The notes: generated by a model not told the origin, from the letters alone. A stretch of DNA of 64,000 nt from Eledone cirrhosa (GCA_964016885.1 OZ024746.1:93000001-93064000); one strand, 5' to 3'. Positions 39,769-55,628 are shown, numbered from the stretch's first letter. A program made the numbers and translations.

Positions 39769-39810
39769 GAATTTGTTGTTCAGTTATTGAAGCAAGCCAG
39801 CACACTGTAA
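39769..39810 (+). CDS. Terminal coding exon: EFVVQLLKQASTL-stop
   Basis: TTTTCTTTTCTTTTTCTCATTTCAG acceptor; the phase-0 frame continues the previous exon and ends at TAA 39808-39810; largely unique AT-rich sequence follows. Confidence 0.7.
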   Translation, partial: EFVVQLLKQASTL

Positions 39811-39953
39811 CTGTGTGACTTTATAAATGTGGCACCACTGTAACAGGTCCTGATGTATGAAGATCTGTAACAGTATATGAAACACCAGTGGTAGCAGCAG
39901 TATAGAGCTTTGGTCTACACTCATACACAAACACACACTCACAGATATATTCT

Positions 39954-40085
39954 ATATTTTATATCATAAAAGATGGCAGTTACTTATAAATTTCATCTTT
40001 GGTTCTTCTGTCAACAGCCAGTTGGGAGAGGCATAAAAGACAGAGAAACTTATAAGTAATTGTCAACTTTCATGATCTAGAATAT
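39954..40085. repeat. Imperfect inverted repeat (~41-bp arms) in the putative 3' UTR
   Basis: ATATTTTATATCATAAAAGATGGCAGTTACTTATAAATTTC versus GAAACTTATAAGTAATTGTCAACTTTCATGATCTAGAATAT. Confidence 0.8.
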
Positions 40086-40121
40086 ATAATATATTTATTT
40101 AACTCTACATTACTTTTAGAG

Positions 40122-40182
<61 letters not shown>

Positions 40183-41722
40183 TACTGAATGAGTGTGTTT
40201 GTATGTGTGTTTGGTAGGGGAATATGTGGTCAATTTATATTTCCAGGGGCTTTTTGTATATAGAATAGTATACATGCTATATATTTGGTACTGTATACAT
40301 CAAGTTATATATACACACCCTGCAGTATTACTGTTAGATGTAGTAGCAGCTCCCTAATTTTGGTGACCCCTACTCCTACCTATTTCAAGTTGATGTTTTT
40401 TTTCTTTCCTTTTACCTATCTTTAAAAAAAAAAAAAAACATTCATACCTCTTTGAACTTAATACACCTGTCCCCACCCCTTTGTGTGTGTGTGTATATAA
40501 ATATATACATATATATACACACATATATATATATGTGTGTGTGTGTGTGTAAATGTGATTGGATGTTTAATATGTAGACACAAGCATTGCATTATGTGTT
40601 TGAATGATTGAGTGTATAGTGTGTGTAGACACACAAGCAGTGTATATATACTTGTGTGAAGGTGTGTAGAGTTACTTTGTATATATATATACACTTGTAT
40701 GTGTATAAGTGATTGTATGTTAGTCTAATTAGAAACACAAGCATTGTATATATGCTTGTGTGTGTATGTGAATGGGTTAATTTCAAGACAAGCATTACAT
40801 ATGTGCTTGTGTATAGATGTGCTAGCAAGAGTTAAGTTTTATTTTTTTAAGTTAGACATATTTTTAGTCAGACCATTTCCCCCAAAATCATAATGAGGTT
40901 ATATTAAAATGAAGAAATTCTTGTATATGTTCTAATGACTTAATTCATTATATTTAAATAATAAAAAAATTTTAATTTTAAACAATGTACCATACATTTT
41001 TGAGGTTAAAATTGTATTCTGTAATTTTGAAGTTCCCGTTTATCATGTTTTTTATCGATCTCTGGGGGTGTAATATTGTGGATTATCGAGAAAGAATTTC
41101 AATTGAAATGTTGAACAAGAAATAGCATGAAAGTGTTAATAAAAATAACTTCAAATAAAATGGTACAATTGATTGATTTGATTTTTTTTTTTTTTAATTT
41201 CTTTGAAATCTTCAAATCTTCAATTCTTCTTGCCATATGTTTTACTGTTGCCATTTTTGAAATTCTTATTTTGCAAGGATTCTCTCAATATTTCTTTTTT
41301 TTTTTTTTGCATCTGTATCTCTATATCTTTTCTTAGAATTGAAGGCTGTATAATATAATGACAGGAATATTTCAGGAAGTTTACTTCAATTTTGTGTGTG
41401 TGTGTGTGTGTGTGTCACTATTGATACTAGTTCACATTTCAGAAAAAAATGTTTATTATTCTTTAACCCTTTCATTGCAAAATTCCTAATGATAGACACT
41501 GCCTATGATTTTCAAATAATTTTGGAAATAATTAAAAATGTATAGATTTTTTTAATAATATAACAAACCTTTTCATTAAGTTGGTATTTGGAGGCATAAT
41601 TTAACAAAGGTTTTTACATAAAATTATGATGGCAGTTTTGAACCAAAAGGGTTAAATATCAGGTATATAATTTAAAGTTGACACTGACAAGAACATTTTG
41701 TCTGAATGTTGCAAAGCTTTAT

Positions 41723-41939
41723 GTAACCCTTTAGCATTTAAATGGTACATATATATCTGGCCAAAATTTTCTCACCTCTTTCTGTTCAAACCGGCTGTAC
41801 TTGGCTGCTCATACTGATGTTAAGGTATTGTTCTCAAAATAAATATCAAAATCTCATAGATTCGATATTATGTGAGGTAAAGCCTTTACTGCGAAAATAC
41901 AACAGTAAATATAGAGTAATGCAAATGCTAAAGGGTTAA
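41723..41939. mobile_element. piggyBac-type MITE (family A)
   Basis: CCCTTTAGCATTT / AAATGCTAAAGGG terminal inverted repeats, with TTAA at the right end. Confidence 0.8.
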
Positions 41940-42704
41940 ATATATATGGTGTGTGTGTGGAGTGAGTGGAGTTATTTAATGGAATCAGCATAGCCAAACA
42001 GTTAAGAAGTTTGCTATCATGAGATCCTAGATTTGAGACCATATTTCTAATGAAACACACTGCCTATGATTTTCAAATCATTTTGAAAACAAGTATTTGG
42101 AGGACTTCAGCAAAATAACTATCTTTTTCATTATGTATCTGATGATTGAAACGTAACTTTACAAAGGTTCATAAATAAAATTATGATGGAAGGTATTTAG
42201 ATAAATATAAACGTTGAAATAAACATTATACCATGAAATCAAGGATAGGTTCAGATGGTTTAGTATCAAGAGTTGATCACAATGGAACAATTGTTGTTTT
42301 TTTTTTCAATTAATAAATTTTTAAGTTAATATATGTTAATTAACTCTTTTGTTATCATATTTTTAATGAAATTCTCTGCATTTCAATTAATTTTGAAAAT
42401 AACAAAGAATTTAAAAGAATTTAGCAATTTGGTTTAACTTTTTAATCATTAAATTGTTTTAAACCCAAAAATTTCTTACATAAAATTGATATGTTTTAAT
42501 TTAAATATGAATGCTTTGAAACCAGCAGATCTTTTATAACATCAGGAATGGCTTCAAGTAGGTTTGTCTCAAAAGGTTAACCTTTTTGTGATCATACACT
42601 CAATTTCAATTAAAGAATTTTGAGGATTTATTAAAATTGCTTTATTATTAAGATACTAACTTAAAATATGATTCTTCTATAAAATTATGTTGGAAGATTT
42701 TAAC

Positions 42705-42930
42705 TTAATCCTTTAGCATTTAAACCGACCATATCAGGCCAGAATTCTCTCACCTCTTTCTGTTCAAACTGGCCATAACCAGCCTCTCATAGTTATGATA
42801 AGGTATTGTTCTCAAAATAAATATCAAAATCTTGTAGATTCGATACTATTTGAGATAATTAGGTGAAATAAAGCCTTTACCATGAAAATATAATAGTAAA
42901 TATAGAGTAATGCAAATGCTAAAGGGTTAA
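42705..42930. mobile_element. Family A MITE nested at a TTAA inside a family B MITE (42577-42994)
   Basis: TTAA at 42705-42708 and 42927-42930; the flanks rejoin to the family B sequence GAAGATTTTAACTTAA..GTGGTTTT. Confidence 0.8.
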
Positions 42931-43959
42931 ATAAGTGGTTTTGTTTCATAGAACCAAAGCTGGTTTTAGTTGGATTGGTAGAAAAAGGTTTATATTCAAA
43001 TTGCTATTTCTAAAAACTTCTTCAGAAATTTACAAAAACTTAACTCCAAAGAAATATGTTTAAAAAAAAAGACAGACATGTTTACTTATGTCAGTGTATT
43101 TTCTTGACACATTTAAACTCATTGGTTAAATCTTGAACTGTTTCTCTACAGATATGTATTGTATATATATCTCAGTTGCTTGTTTATTATTTAATATATA
43201 ATGTACTGTTAGAGCAGTGGATTGGCAGTATCGGTAAAGCATTGATAACTTGATTGATTGAACGACTAAATAGTTATGGTAAAAACTGATGAATCTGAAG
43301 GGATTTAACTCTTTCCTGACCACATTTCTAATGAAATATATTCTTTTTCAATTAATGAATTTTGAGGGATTTACTAAAATGATTTCATTACTAAGATAGT
43401 AACTTAATGTAAGGTTCTTATATAAAATTATGCTGGAAGATTTTAACTTAAAATGGGTGGTTTTATTTCATAGAATGAGCGCCAGTCTTGGCTGGATTGG
43501 TAACAAAAGGGTTACATTTTGAAGGATTTATTTAAAAGATTTCATTACTAAGTTAACCCTTTCATCACCACATTTTTAATTAAATGAAGAAGAATTTTAA
43601 GGGTTTTACTAAAATCATTATTTCATTACTAAGATAGTAATTTAATGTAAGGTTTTTATATAAAATTATGTTGGAAGATTTAAATTTAAATAGGGACAGT
43701 TTAAAACTGGTGGTTTTATTTCATAGAACCTGAGCCAGGTTGGCAACTAAAGAGTTAGTTCTTTGTTCAGCATCTTCAGCTAGAAATTGTTTTGTCATCT
43801 TTGTAGAATTCTGAAATGTCTTCTCACATAGAAACCTTCATGTTGGCAATGTTTTATTTTCAGAGAAATTTTATCATTTAAATCAACTGTAACAAATAAA
43901 AATTCTATAATCTGCTTTTAATGTTAACTCATTGATTATTATTGTTACGTGTAAGGGCA

Positions 43960-45360
43960 ATGGATTGGCAGTCATTACAGTGCCGGACAAAATGCTTAGC
44001 GGTATTTGCTTACAGCTCTTTACTTTCTGAGTTCAAATCCTACCACGGTCAACTTTGCCTTTCATCCTCTCGGGGTTGTTAAAATAAGTACCAGTCAAGT
44101 ACTGGGTCATTATAATTGACTTTCCCCTTCCCACAAATTGCTGGCCTTTTGCCTTGGCAGTATCGGTAGAGGGTCGGGCGCCATGCTTTGATGCATAGAG
44201 TTACGGCCCTTGCCATTCTGAGTTCAAATACCGCCGAGGTTAACTTTGCCTTTCATCCTTGCGGGGTCGATGAAATAAAGTACCAGTAATGTACTGGGTA
44301 ATTGCTGGCCTTGTGCCAATAGTAGAAACAATTATTATTGTTATATATTGAGAGAATAATTCAAATCTATTAAAATGCTAATTCTATTTAATTTTTGAGA
44401 AAATACCAGATTTACTTTATCATTGAAATGCCTTGCATTTGTTGTGTTTTCTAAAGCTTATATCTCTGTTTCTTGCCCTTCAGTTCAAATAACTTAGAAC
44501 TCAAGAGAAAGATGGCAAGCTCTCAATATGTAATGCTTATAATATGAATTTGTATTTGAATAAATTTTATGGCTCAGGTGGATGGGAAATGTATGGGTTT
44601 TGTAAATATATTTCTCTGCCAATTTTATGTGTAGTTAAAAAAATTCTATTTGTTTTGCAAAATTCTTGGTGTGAAATTGTGTTGAAACAGATATTGTTGT
44701 ATTTTGGTAGGATCATGTTATCAAGTAAAACACATGCACTGATTGAGTTTCACTTATTAATCAAGCAATTAGAGCAGTAGATTGGCAGTATCGATAGAGC
44801 GTCAGACAACATGCTTTGCAGTATAGAGTTGCGGCCCTTTACGTTAAGATATTGTTTTCAAAATATCAAAATCTCGAAGATTATGTGAGATAAAGGCTTT
44901 ACCGTGAATAACCATAGTAAATAAAGAGTAATGTAAATGGTAAAGGGTTAAATATTCAGGAATTATATCATTAGCATTATTATCATGCTTAGTAGCATAG
45001 AGTTATGGCTCTTTATGTTCTGAGTTCAAATCTCACCGAGGTTAGCTTTGCCTTTCATCCTTACGGGGTGGATAAAATAAAGTACCAGTAATGCACTGGG
45101 GTAATTGCTGGCCTTTTGTCAAATGTAGAAATAAGTATTATCATCAGGCGGTGGATTGGCAGTATCGGTAGATCGTTGGACAATTTTCTTTGCAGTTATG
45201 GCCTCTTATGGTCTGAGTTAAAATTCTGCCGAGGTTAGCTTTGCCTTTCATCCTTACGGGGTCAATAAAATAAAGTACCCATAACACACTGGGTCGATTT
45301 AATCAACTTTTCCCTCCCCCAAAATTGTTGGCATTGTGCCTAAATCAGAAACCGTTATTA
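43960..45360 (+). mobile_element. Cluster of co-oriented Meta-like tRNA SINEs (43960-44153, 44154-44338, partial 44777-44845, 44985-45140, 45150-45360)
   Basis: Repeated A box, B box and GCCTTTCATCCT..GGGGT.GATAAAATAAAGTACC body. Confidence 0.85.
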
Positions 45361-45926
45361 ATCAGGTAAGTAATCCACTAATTAATTGTGAAAGTAATAG
45401 TAGCAATCATAATACTAGTAAGAGTAATGACTACAGAAATAATCAACAAATAATTACTCTCAGGTCTTGAATAATCGACCCCCTTCCGCGTATTAATTTC
45501 TCAGATTTTTTCCACCGCCTTACCTTATTAGATTTTGCTAATCTATCTCCGGCAAAATTTTATTGTAAGTGATTCATATTGATACAGCAGCTGGAGAATC
45601 TAATAATTATTTTATTTTACATTAAAAAACATTATGTATGACAAAAAAAGAAACTATAAGATTACTGATTACACATAATAATTTAAGCAAATATCCAACC
45701 CCCCCCCCCTCCCTATTATTTAGGACCCAAGAATAGATGAACTAGGTCAACTAAAGCCATGTATGTATATGGACACCACAGACTGACAGACAAAAAAAAT
45801 AAAGGGTAAAGTTGAAGTGTAGACGAAGAAGAGAGAGCAAGAGTTAATCAATAAAGTCACAAACTGATGGAAGAATTTTGATTACTGATTATGTGATTAA
45901 TCAACTAATTGGTGAATTAATTACTT

Positions 45927-46108
45927 GCTTCTTCTTCTTCTCGTCCTCCTTTACCCACTTATTCCTGAGAGGGTCGTGGGAGGCAAAATCCTCAAACACT
46001 TCTTCCAGCAGGTCCTGTCTGAAGCAACTGTCTCCAACTGATCCGACTGGATCCCAAGCAAGACCAGCCAAGCTCATGGATGTTATCCAACCATCTTGCT
46101 TGGGGTCT
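45927..46108 (-). mobile_element. RTE-clade LINE 3' end fragment
   Basis: Matches 3341-3490 and the reverse complement of 29600-29773; (CTT)n tail. Confidence 0.85.
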
Positions 46109-46131
46109 ATTAATTAGAATTAGTAACCTGA

Positions 46132-46382
46132 TCTATATATATATATATATATATATATAGACGAAAATGTCTGTATGCATTTTCAGTTTCCATCCAATTT
46201 TGTTCAAATTTGATACATAGGTTATTTAGCTCCTGGAGCATGTCAACATATAGTTTAAATCTTTCTCTCCTCTAAAATAGCAGAGTTCTTGGGCTATTTA
46301 AAGATGACCATATTGAGGAGTGAAGGGGTCTTTATTTACAGTGGCAAAAGGTATGCCCGGCAATGACAGGCTCTTTTGCTAG
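46132..46382 (+). mobile_element. Short non-autonomous Helitron
   Basis: A|TC start; degenerate hairpin GCCCGGCAATGACAGGC then CTAG|T. Confidence 0.65.
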
Positions 46383-47534
46383 TTAATAATAAAATTGAAG
46401 TGAAACTCAACTGGTACGTGTTTTAATGGCAGCATGACCCTTTCAAAATACAAAATAAAAACTCATAATAGAAATATGTTAATTCATTTGTATGTATTAA
46501 GTATGTAAAACAACCAACAAACAGTTCATACACAATCAGTTGTCCATCTTGTGACACTCACAGAATATCTCAAAGAAAAATGTACAAAAAAAAACTTTAT
46601 TATTCTTTCTGTTATTCTCGAACTGGTCTGAGGTCTTGAAAACCTAAAAATGTGTTTGTTGATTTTTAATAAGTATTATAAATATATGTTGTATTGCTCA
46701 TCATTATCTGGAAACACAGTAAATTACACACACACACATGTATGTTATATATAATTATATTATTTATTTATAATCATACACGAAACAAAGGCACTACCCA
46801 ATATTTCAAGGCCTGAATTTGACTATACCCCCAGACTCCAAGAGGCATCAAATTAGTGACCTTTCTTCAAGCGCCTATACAAGTTTATAAGATACACACA
46901 TTACATACATGTTTATAGAGGCACCAGTATGACTGTTGTAAAGAAGTTTTCTTTGCAAATATATGGTTCCAGGTTTGATGCCACTGTGTGGCACCTTCAA
47001 CAAGTGTCTTCTACTATGGCCTCGGGTTGATCAATGTTTTGTCGGTGGAGTTTGGTAGGAGGAAACTGTGCAGAAGCCTGACATATATACATATTATATA
47101 TACACACACACTTAGAGCAATATAATTATATGTAAGAAAAAAACTAACTAACTATATATATATATATATATTTCATATTATATGTATGTTGACTTATATT
47201 GGAGTTTTACCAAGTAGTAGTGAAACTCAAATACCAGTCAGTTACATATAACATGAATTAATATAACTTTACTACATGTTCGGAGTCAGCTAGCCCACCA
47301 GTAAATGTTTGTTGCTATTTTTATACCTAATAATCTGTAACCCTACATTAACTATATATATAACAACTGTACATTAACTATATATATATATATATATATA
47401 ACAACTGTACATTAACTATATATATATATATATAACAACTGTACATTAACTATATATATATATATATACATACATGCTGTCCATAAAGTCTGTGTGCAAT
47501 TTAAAATACTTGTAGCTTTGTAACTATACACAGA

Positions 47535-48016
47535 CTATATATATATATAGTATATATGTATATAATATATAGTATATTAGTATATAGTGTATATATATAT
47601 AGTGTGTATATATATGTATATATATTGTATATATATAGTATGTATATATATATATAGTATATATATATATATAGTATATATATATAGTATATATATATAT
47701 ATAGTTTATATATATATATATATAGTATATATATATAGTATATAGTATATATATATAGTATATAGTATATATATATAGTATATATATATAGTATATATAT
47801 ATATATAGTATATATATATATATAGTATATATATATATTTAGTATATATATATATAGTATATAGTATATATATATATAGTATATATATATATAGTATATA
47901 TATATATACTATATATATATATATATAGGGTATATATATATATATATAGGGTATATATATATATATATATAGGGTATATATATATATATATAGGGTATAT
48001 ATATATATATATATAA

Positions 48017-48056
<40 letters not shown>

Positions 48057-49806
48057 TATATATTATATATATATATAGTGTATATATATATATATATATA
48101 CTATATATATATATATATATATATACTATATATATATATATAGTGTATATATATATATATAGTATGTATATATAGTGTATATAGTATGTATATGTATATA
48201 TATATATAGTATGTATATGTATATATATATATAGTAGTATATGTATATATATATATAGTATGTATATGTATATATATATATAGTATGTATATGTATATAT
48301 ATATATAGTATGTATATGTATATATATATATAGTATGTATATGTATATATATATATAGTATGTATATGTATATATATATATAGTATGTATATGTATATAT
48401 ATATAGTATGTATATGTATATATATATAGTATGTATATGTATATATATATATAGTATGTATATGTATATATATATAGTATGTATATGTATATATATATAG
48501 TATGTATATGTATATATATATAGTATGTGTATATATATATATATAGTATGTGTGTATATATATATGTATATAGTATATATATATATGTATATAGTATATA
48601 TATATAGTATATAGTATATATATATAGTATATGTATATATATAGTATATGTATATATATATATATATAGTATATGTATATATATATATATATAGTATATG
48701 TATATATATATATATATAGTATATGTATATATATATATATTAGTATATGTATATATATATATATATAGTATATGTATATATATATATATATAGTATATGT
48801 ATATATATATATATATAGTATATGTATATATATATATATATAGTATATGTATATATATATAGTATATGTATATATATATATATATATATAGTATATGTAT
48901 ATATAGTATATGTATATATATATATAGTATATGTATATATATATATAGTATATGTATATATATATATAGTATATGTATATATATATATAGTATATGTATA
49001 TATATATAGTATATTATATGTATATATATATATAGTATATGTATATGTATATATATATATAGTATGTATATGTATATATATATATAGTATATGTATATAT
49101 ATATATAGTATATGTATATGTATATATATATATAGTATATGTATATGTATATATATATATAGTATATGTATATGTATATATATATATAGTATATGTATAT
49201 GTATATATATATATAGTATATGTATATGTATATATATATATAGTATATGTATATGTATATATATATAGTATATGTATATGTATATATATATATAGTATAT
49301 CTATATATATATATATATATAGTATATGTATATATATATATATATATAGTATATGTATATATATATAGTATATATATGTATTGTATATATATAGTATATA
49401 TATGTATTGTATATATATAGTATATATATGTATAGTATATATATATAGTATATATATGTATAGTATATATATATAGTGTGTGTATATATATATATATATA
49501 TATAAGGGCGGTGCCCCAGCATGGTCTCAGCCGGATGGCTGAAACAGGTAAAAGAGTATATATATATATATACTATATATGTATATATAGTATATATGTA
49601 TATATAGTATGTATATATAGTATATATATATATATATATAGTATATATATATAGTATATGTATATAGTATATAGTATATATATGTATATAGTATATATAT
49701 GTATATATATATATAGTATATATGTATATAGTATATATATGTATATATATATATAGTATATATATATATATATAGTATATATATATATATAGTATATATA
49801 TATATA

Positions 49807-49837
<31 letters not shown>

Positions 49838-50456
49838 CTATATATATATATATATAGTATATCACGATAAATTAACGGAGGCATAGGCCGATAGTATATA
49901 TAGTATATATATATATATATATAGTATATATAGTATATATATATATATAGTATATATATGTATATATATATATAGTATATATATATATAGTATATATATA
50001 TAGTATATATATATATATAGTATATATATATAGTATATATATAGTATATATATATATATATATAGTATATATATATATTGTATATATATATATTGTATGT
50101 ATATATATATATTGTATGTATATATAATATTGTATATATATATATATTGTATATATATATATATTGTATATATATATATATTGTATATATATATATATAG
50201 TATATATATATATATATAGTATATATATATATGTATATAGTATATATATATATGTATATAATATATATATATATGTATATAATATATATATATATAGTAT
50301 ATAATATATATATGTATATAATATATATATATATAGTATATAATATATATATGTATATAATATATATATATATAGTATATAATATATATATGTATATAAT
50401 ATATATATATATAGTATATAATATATATATGTATATATATATATATAGTATATATG

Positions 50457-50487
<31 letters not shown>

Positions 50488-50505
50488 GTATATATGTATA
50501 TATAG

Positions 50506-50552
<47 letters not shown>

Positions 50553-51742
50553 GTATATGTATATATATATATAGTATATATATATATATAGTATATATAT
50601 ATATATAGTATATATATATATAAGTATATATATATATATATAAGTATATATATATATGTATATAATATATATGTATATAGTATGTATATATATATATATA
50701 TATAGTATATATATATATATAGTATATATATAATATAGTATATATATATATATATAGTATATATATATATAGTATATATGTATATAATATATATATGTAT
50801 ATAGTATATATAGTATATGTATATAGTATGTATATAGTATATGTATATAGTATATATAGTATATGTATATGTATATAGTATATGTATATAGTATATATAG
50901 TATATGTATATAGTATAATATAGTATATGTATATAGTATGTATATGTATATAGTTATGTATATAGTATATATAGTATATGTATATAGTATATATATATGT
51001 ATATTATATATATATTGATACTATATATATATATACATATACTATATATATATAATATATATATATATATAGTATATATATATAATATATATATATATAT
51101 AGTATATATATATAATATATATATATTTATAGTATATATATATATATATATATAGTATATATATATATATAGTATATATAGTATATATATATATATATAT
51201 AGTATATATAGTATATATATATAGTATATATAGTATATATATATAGTATATATAGTATATATATATATATATATAGTATATATATATATATATATAGTAT
51301 ATATAGTATATATATATATATATATAGTATATATATATATATATAGTATATATATATATTATAGTATATAATATATATAGTATATATATATATATATATA
51401 TAGTATATATAGTATAGTATATGTATATATATATATAGTATATATATATATATATATAGTATATATATAGTATATATATATATAGTATATATATAGTATA
51501 TATATATATATATAGTATATATATATATATATAGTATATATATATATATATAGTATATATATATATATATAGTATATATATATATATATAGTATATATAT
51601 ATATATAGTATATATATATATATATAGTATATATATATATATAGTATATATATATATAGTATATATAATATAGTATATATATATATATATATATAGTATA
51701 TATATATATAGTATATATATATATAGTATATATATAGTATAT

Positions 51743-51778
<36 letters not shown>

Positions 51779-51871
51779 GTATATATATATATATATATAT
51801 AGTATATATATATATATATATAGTATATATATATATATATATAGTATATATATATATATATATATATATAG

Positions 51872-51903
<32 letters not shown>

Positions 51904-51998
51904 GTATATATATATATATAGTATATATATATATATATATGTATATATAAATATATATATATATATATAGAGTATATGTATATATATAGTATATATAG

Positions 51999-52036
<38 letters not shown>

Positions 52037-52515
52037 TATAGTGTATATGTATATATATAGTATATGTATATATATAGTATATGTATATAGTATATATATA
52101 TATATAGTGTATATGTATATTATAGTATATGTATATATATAGTATATGTATATATATAGTATATGTATATATATAGTATATGTATATAGTATATGTATAT
52201 ATATAGTATATATATATAGTATATGTATATATATAGTATATGTATATATATAGTATATGTATATAGTATATGTATATATATAGTATATGTATATAGTATA
52301 TATATATATATAGTATATGTATATATATAGTATATATATATAGTATATGTATATATATAGTATATATATAGTATATGTATATATATAGTATATATATATA
52401 GTATATGTATATATATAGTATATATATATAGTATATGTATATATATAGTATATGTATATATATAGTATATGTATATATATAGTATATGTATATATATAGT
52501 ATATATATATATATA

Positions 52516-52546
<31 letters not shown>

Positions 52547-52868
52547 GTATATATATATTTATAGTGTATATATATATATTTATAGTATATATATATTTAT
52601 AGTGTATATATATATATATATATTTATAGTATATATATATTTATAGTGTATATATATATATATATTTATAGTATATATATATTTATAGTGTATATATATA
52701 TATATATATATAGTATATATATAAATAATATATATATAGTGTATATATATATATATATATATATATAGTATATATATAAATAATATATATATAGTGTATA
52801 TATATATATATATAGTATATATATAAATAATATATATATATAGTGTATATATATATATATATATATAA

Positions 52869-52906
<38 letters not shown>

Positions 52907-55535
52907 TATATATAAATAATATATATATATAGTGTATATATATATATATAGTATATATATAAATAATATATATATATAGTGTATATATATATATATATAG
53001 TATATATATAAATAATATATATAAGTGTTTATATATATATATAGTATATATATATATAATATATATATATAGTATATATATATAATATATATATAGTATA
53101 TATATATATAGTGTGTACATATATAGTGTTTATATATATATAGTGTATATATATATAGTGTGTATATATATATAGTGTATATATATAGTATATGTATGTA
53201 ATATAGTATATATGTATGTTATATATAGTATATATATATATAGTATATGTATGTATATATAGTATATATATATATAGTATATGTATGTATATATAGTATA
53301 TATATATATAGTATATGTATGTATATATAGTATATGTATGTATATATATATATAGTATGTATATGTACAGTATATATATATATATGTATAGTATATATAT
53401 ATATATAGTATAATATTTGTATAGTATATATATATATATAGTATAGTATATATATATAGTATAGTATATATATATAGTATAGTATATATAGTATAGTATA
53501 TATATATATAGTATAGTATATATAGTATAGTATAGTATATAATAGTATAGTATATATAGTATAGTATAGTATATATATATATAGTATAGTATATATGTAT
53601 AGTATAGTATATATTTAGTATAGTATATATATATAGTATATATATATATATAGTATATATATATATAAATTATATATATATATATAAAGTATATATATAT
53701 ATAAAGTATATATATATATAAGTAAATATATATATATAGTATATATATATATATATAGTATATATATATAGTATATATATATATATAGTATATAGTATAT
53801 ATATATAGTATATAGTATATATATATATATAGTAATATATATATATATAGTATATATATATATATATAGTATATATATATATATATAGTATATATATATA
53901 TATAGTATATATATATATATAGTATATATATATATATATAGTATATATATATATATAGTATATATATATATATATAGTATATATATATATATAGTATATA
54001 TATATATAGTATATATATATAGTATGTATATATATATAGTATATATATATATATAGTATATATATATAGTATTGTATATATATATAGTATATATATATAT
54101 AGTATATATATATATAGTATATATATATATAAAGTATATATATATATAGTATATATATATATATAGTATATATATATATATAAAGTATATATATATATAT
54201 AGTATATATATATATATAAAGTATATATATATATATAGTATATATATATATATAAAGTATATATATATATATAAAGTATATATATATATAGTATATATAT
54301 ATATATATATAGTATATATATATAGTATATATATATATATAGTATATAGTATATATATATAGTATATAGTATATATATATATAGTATATATATATATATA
54401 GTATATATATATATAGTATATATATATATATATAGTATATATATATATATAGTATATATATATATATATATAGTATATATATATATATATAGTATATATA
54501 TATAGTATATATATATATATATAGTATATATATATATATAGTATATATATATATAGTATATATATATAGTATATATATATATATATAGTATATATATATA
54601 GTATATATATAGTATATATATATATATAGTATATATATATAGTATATATATAGTATATATATATATAGTATATATATATATAGTATATATATATAGTATA
54701 TATATATAGTATATATATATATAGTATATATATATATAGTATATATATATATAGTATATATATATATAAAGTATATATATAGTATATATATATATATAAA
54801 GTATATATATATATAGTATATATATATATATAGTATATATATATATATAGTATATATATATATAGTATATATATATATATAAAGTATATATATATATATA
54901 AAGTATATATATATAGTATATATATATATATAGTATATATATATATAGTATATATATATATAGTATATATATATATATATAGTATTTATATATATATATA
55001 GTATATATATATATATATAGTATATATATATATATAAAGTATATATATATAGTATATATAATATATATAGTATATATATAATATATAAAGTATATATATA
55101 TATATAAAGTATATATATATATAGTATATATATATATATATAGTATATATATATATATAGTATATATATATATATAGTATATATATATATAGTATATATA
55201 TATATATAGTATATATATATATATAGTATATATATATATATATAGTATATATATATATATATATATAGTATATATATATAGTATATATATATATATATAT
55301 AGTATATATATATAGTATATATATATATATATTTATATACTATATATATATATAGTATATATATATATATTTATATACTATATATATATATAGTATATAT
55401 TTATATACTATATATATATAGTATATATAGTATATATATATATAGTATATATATATATAGTATATATTTATATACTATATATAGTATATATATATAGTAT
55501 ATATTTATATACTATATATAGTATATATATATATA

Positions 55536-55589
<54 letters not shown>

Positions 55590-55628
55590 TATATATATAT
55601 AGTATATATATATACTATATATATATAG

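Larger units (their letters stand above)
39811..43900 (+). other. Putative 3' UTR (end uncertain)
   Basis: Follows the stop codon. AATAAA candidates at 40960, 43895 and 44559; the true polyA site cannot be determined from sequence. Confidence 0.35.
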
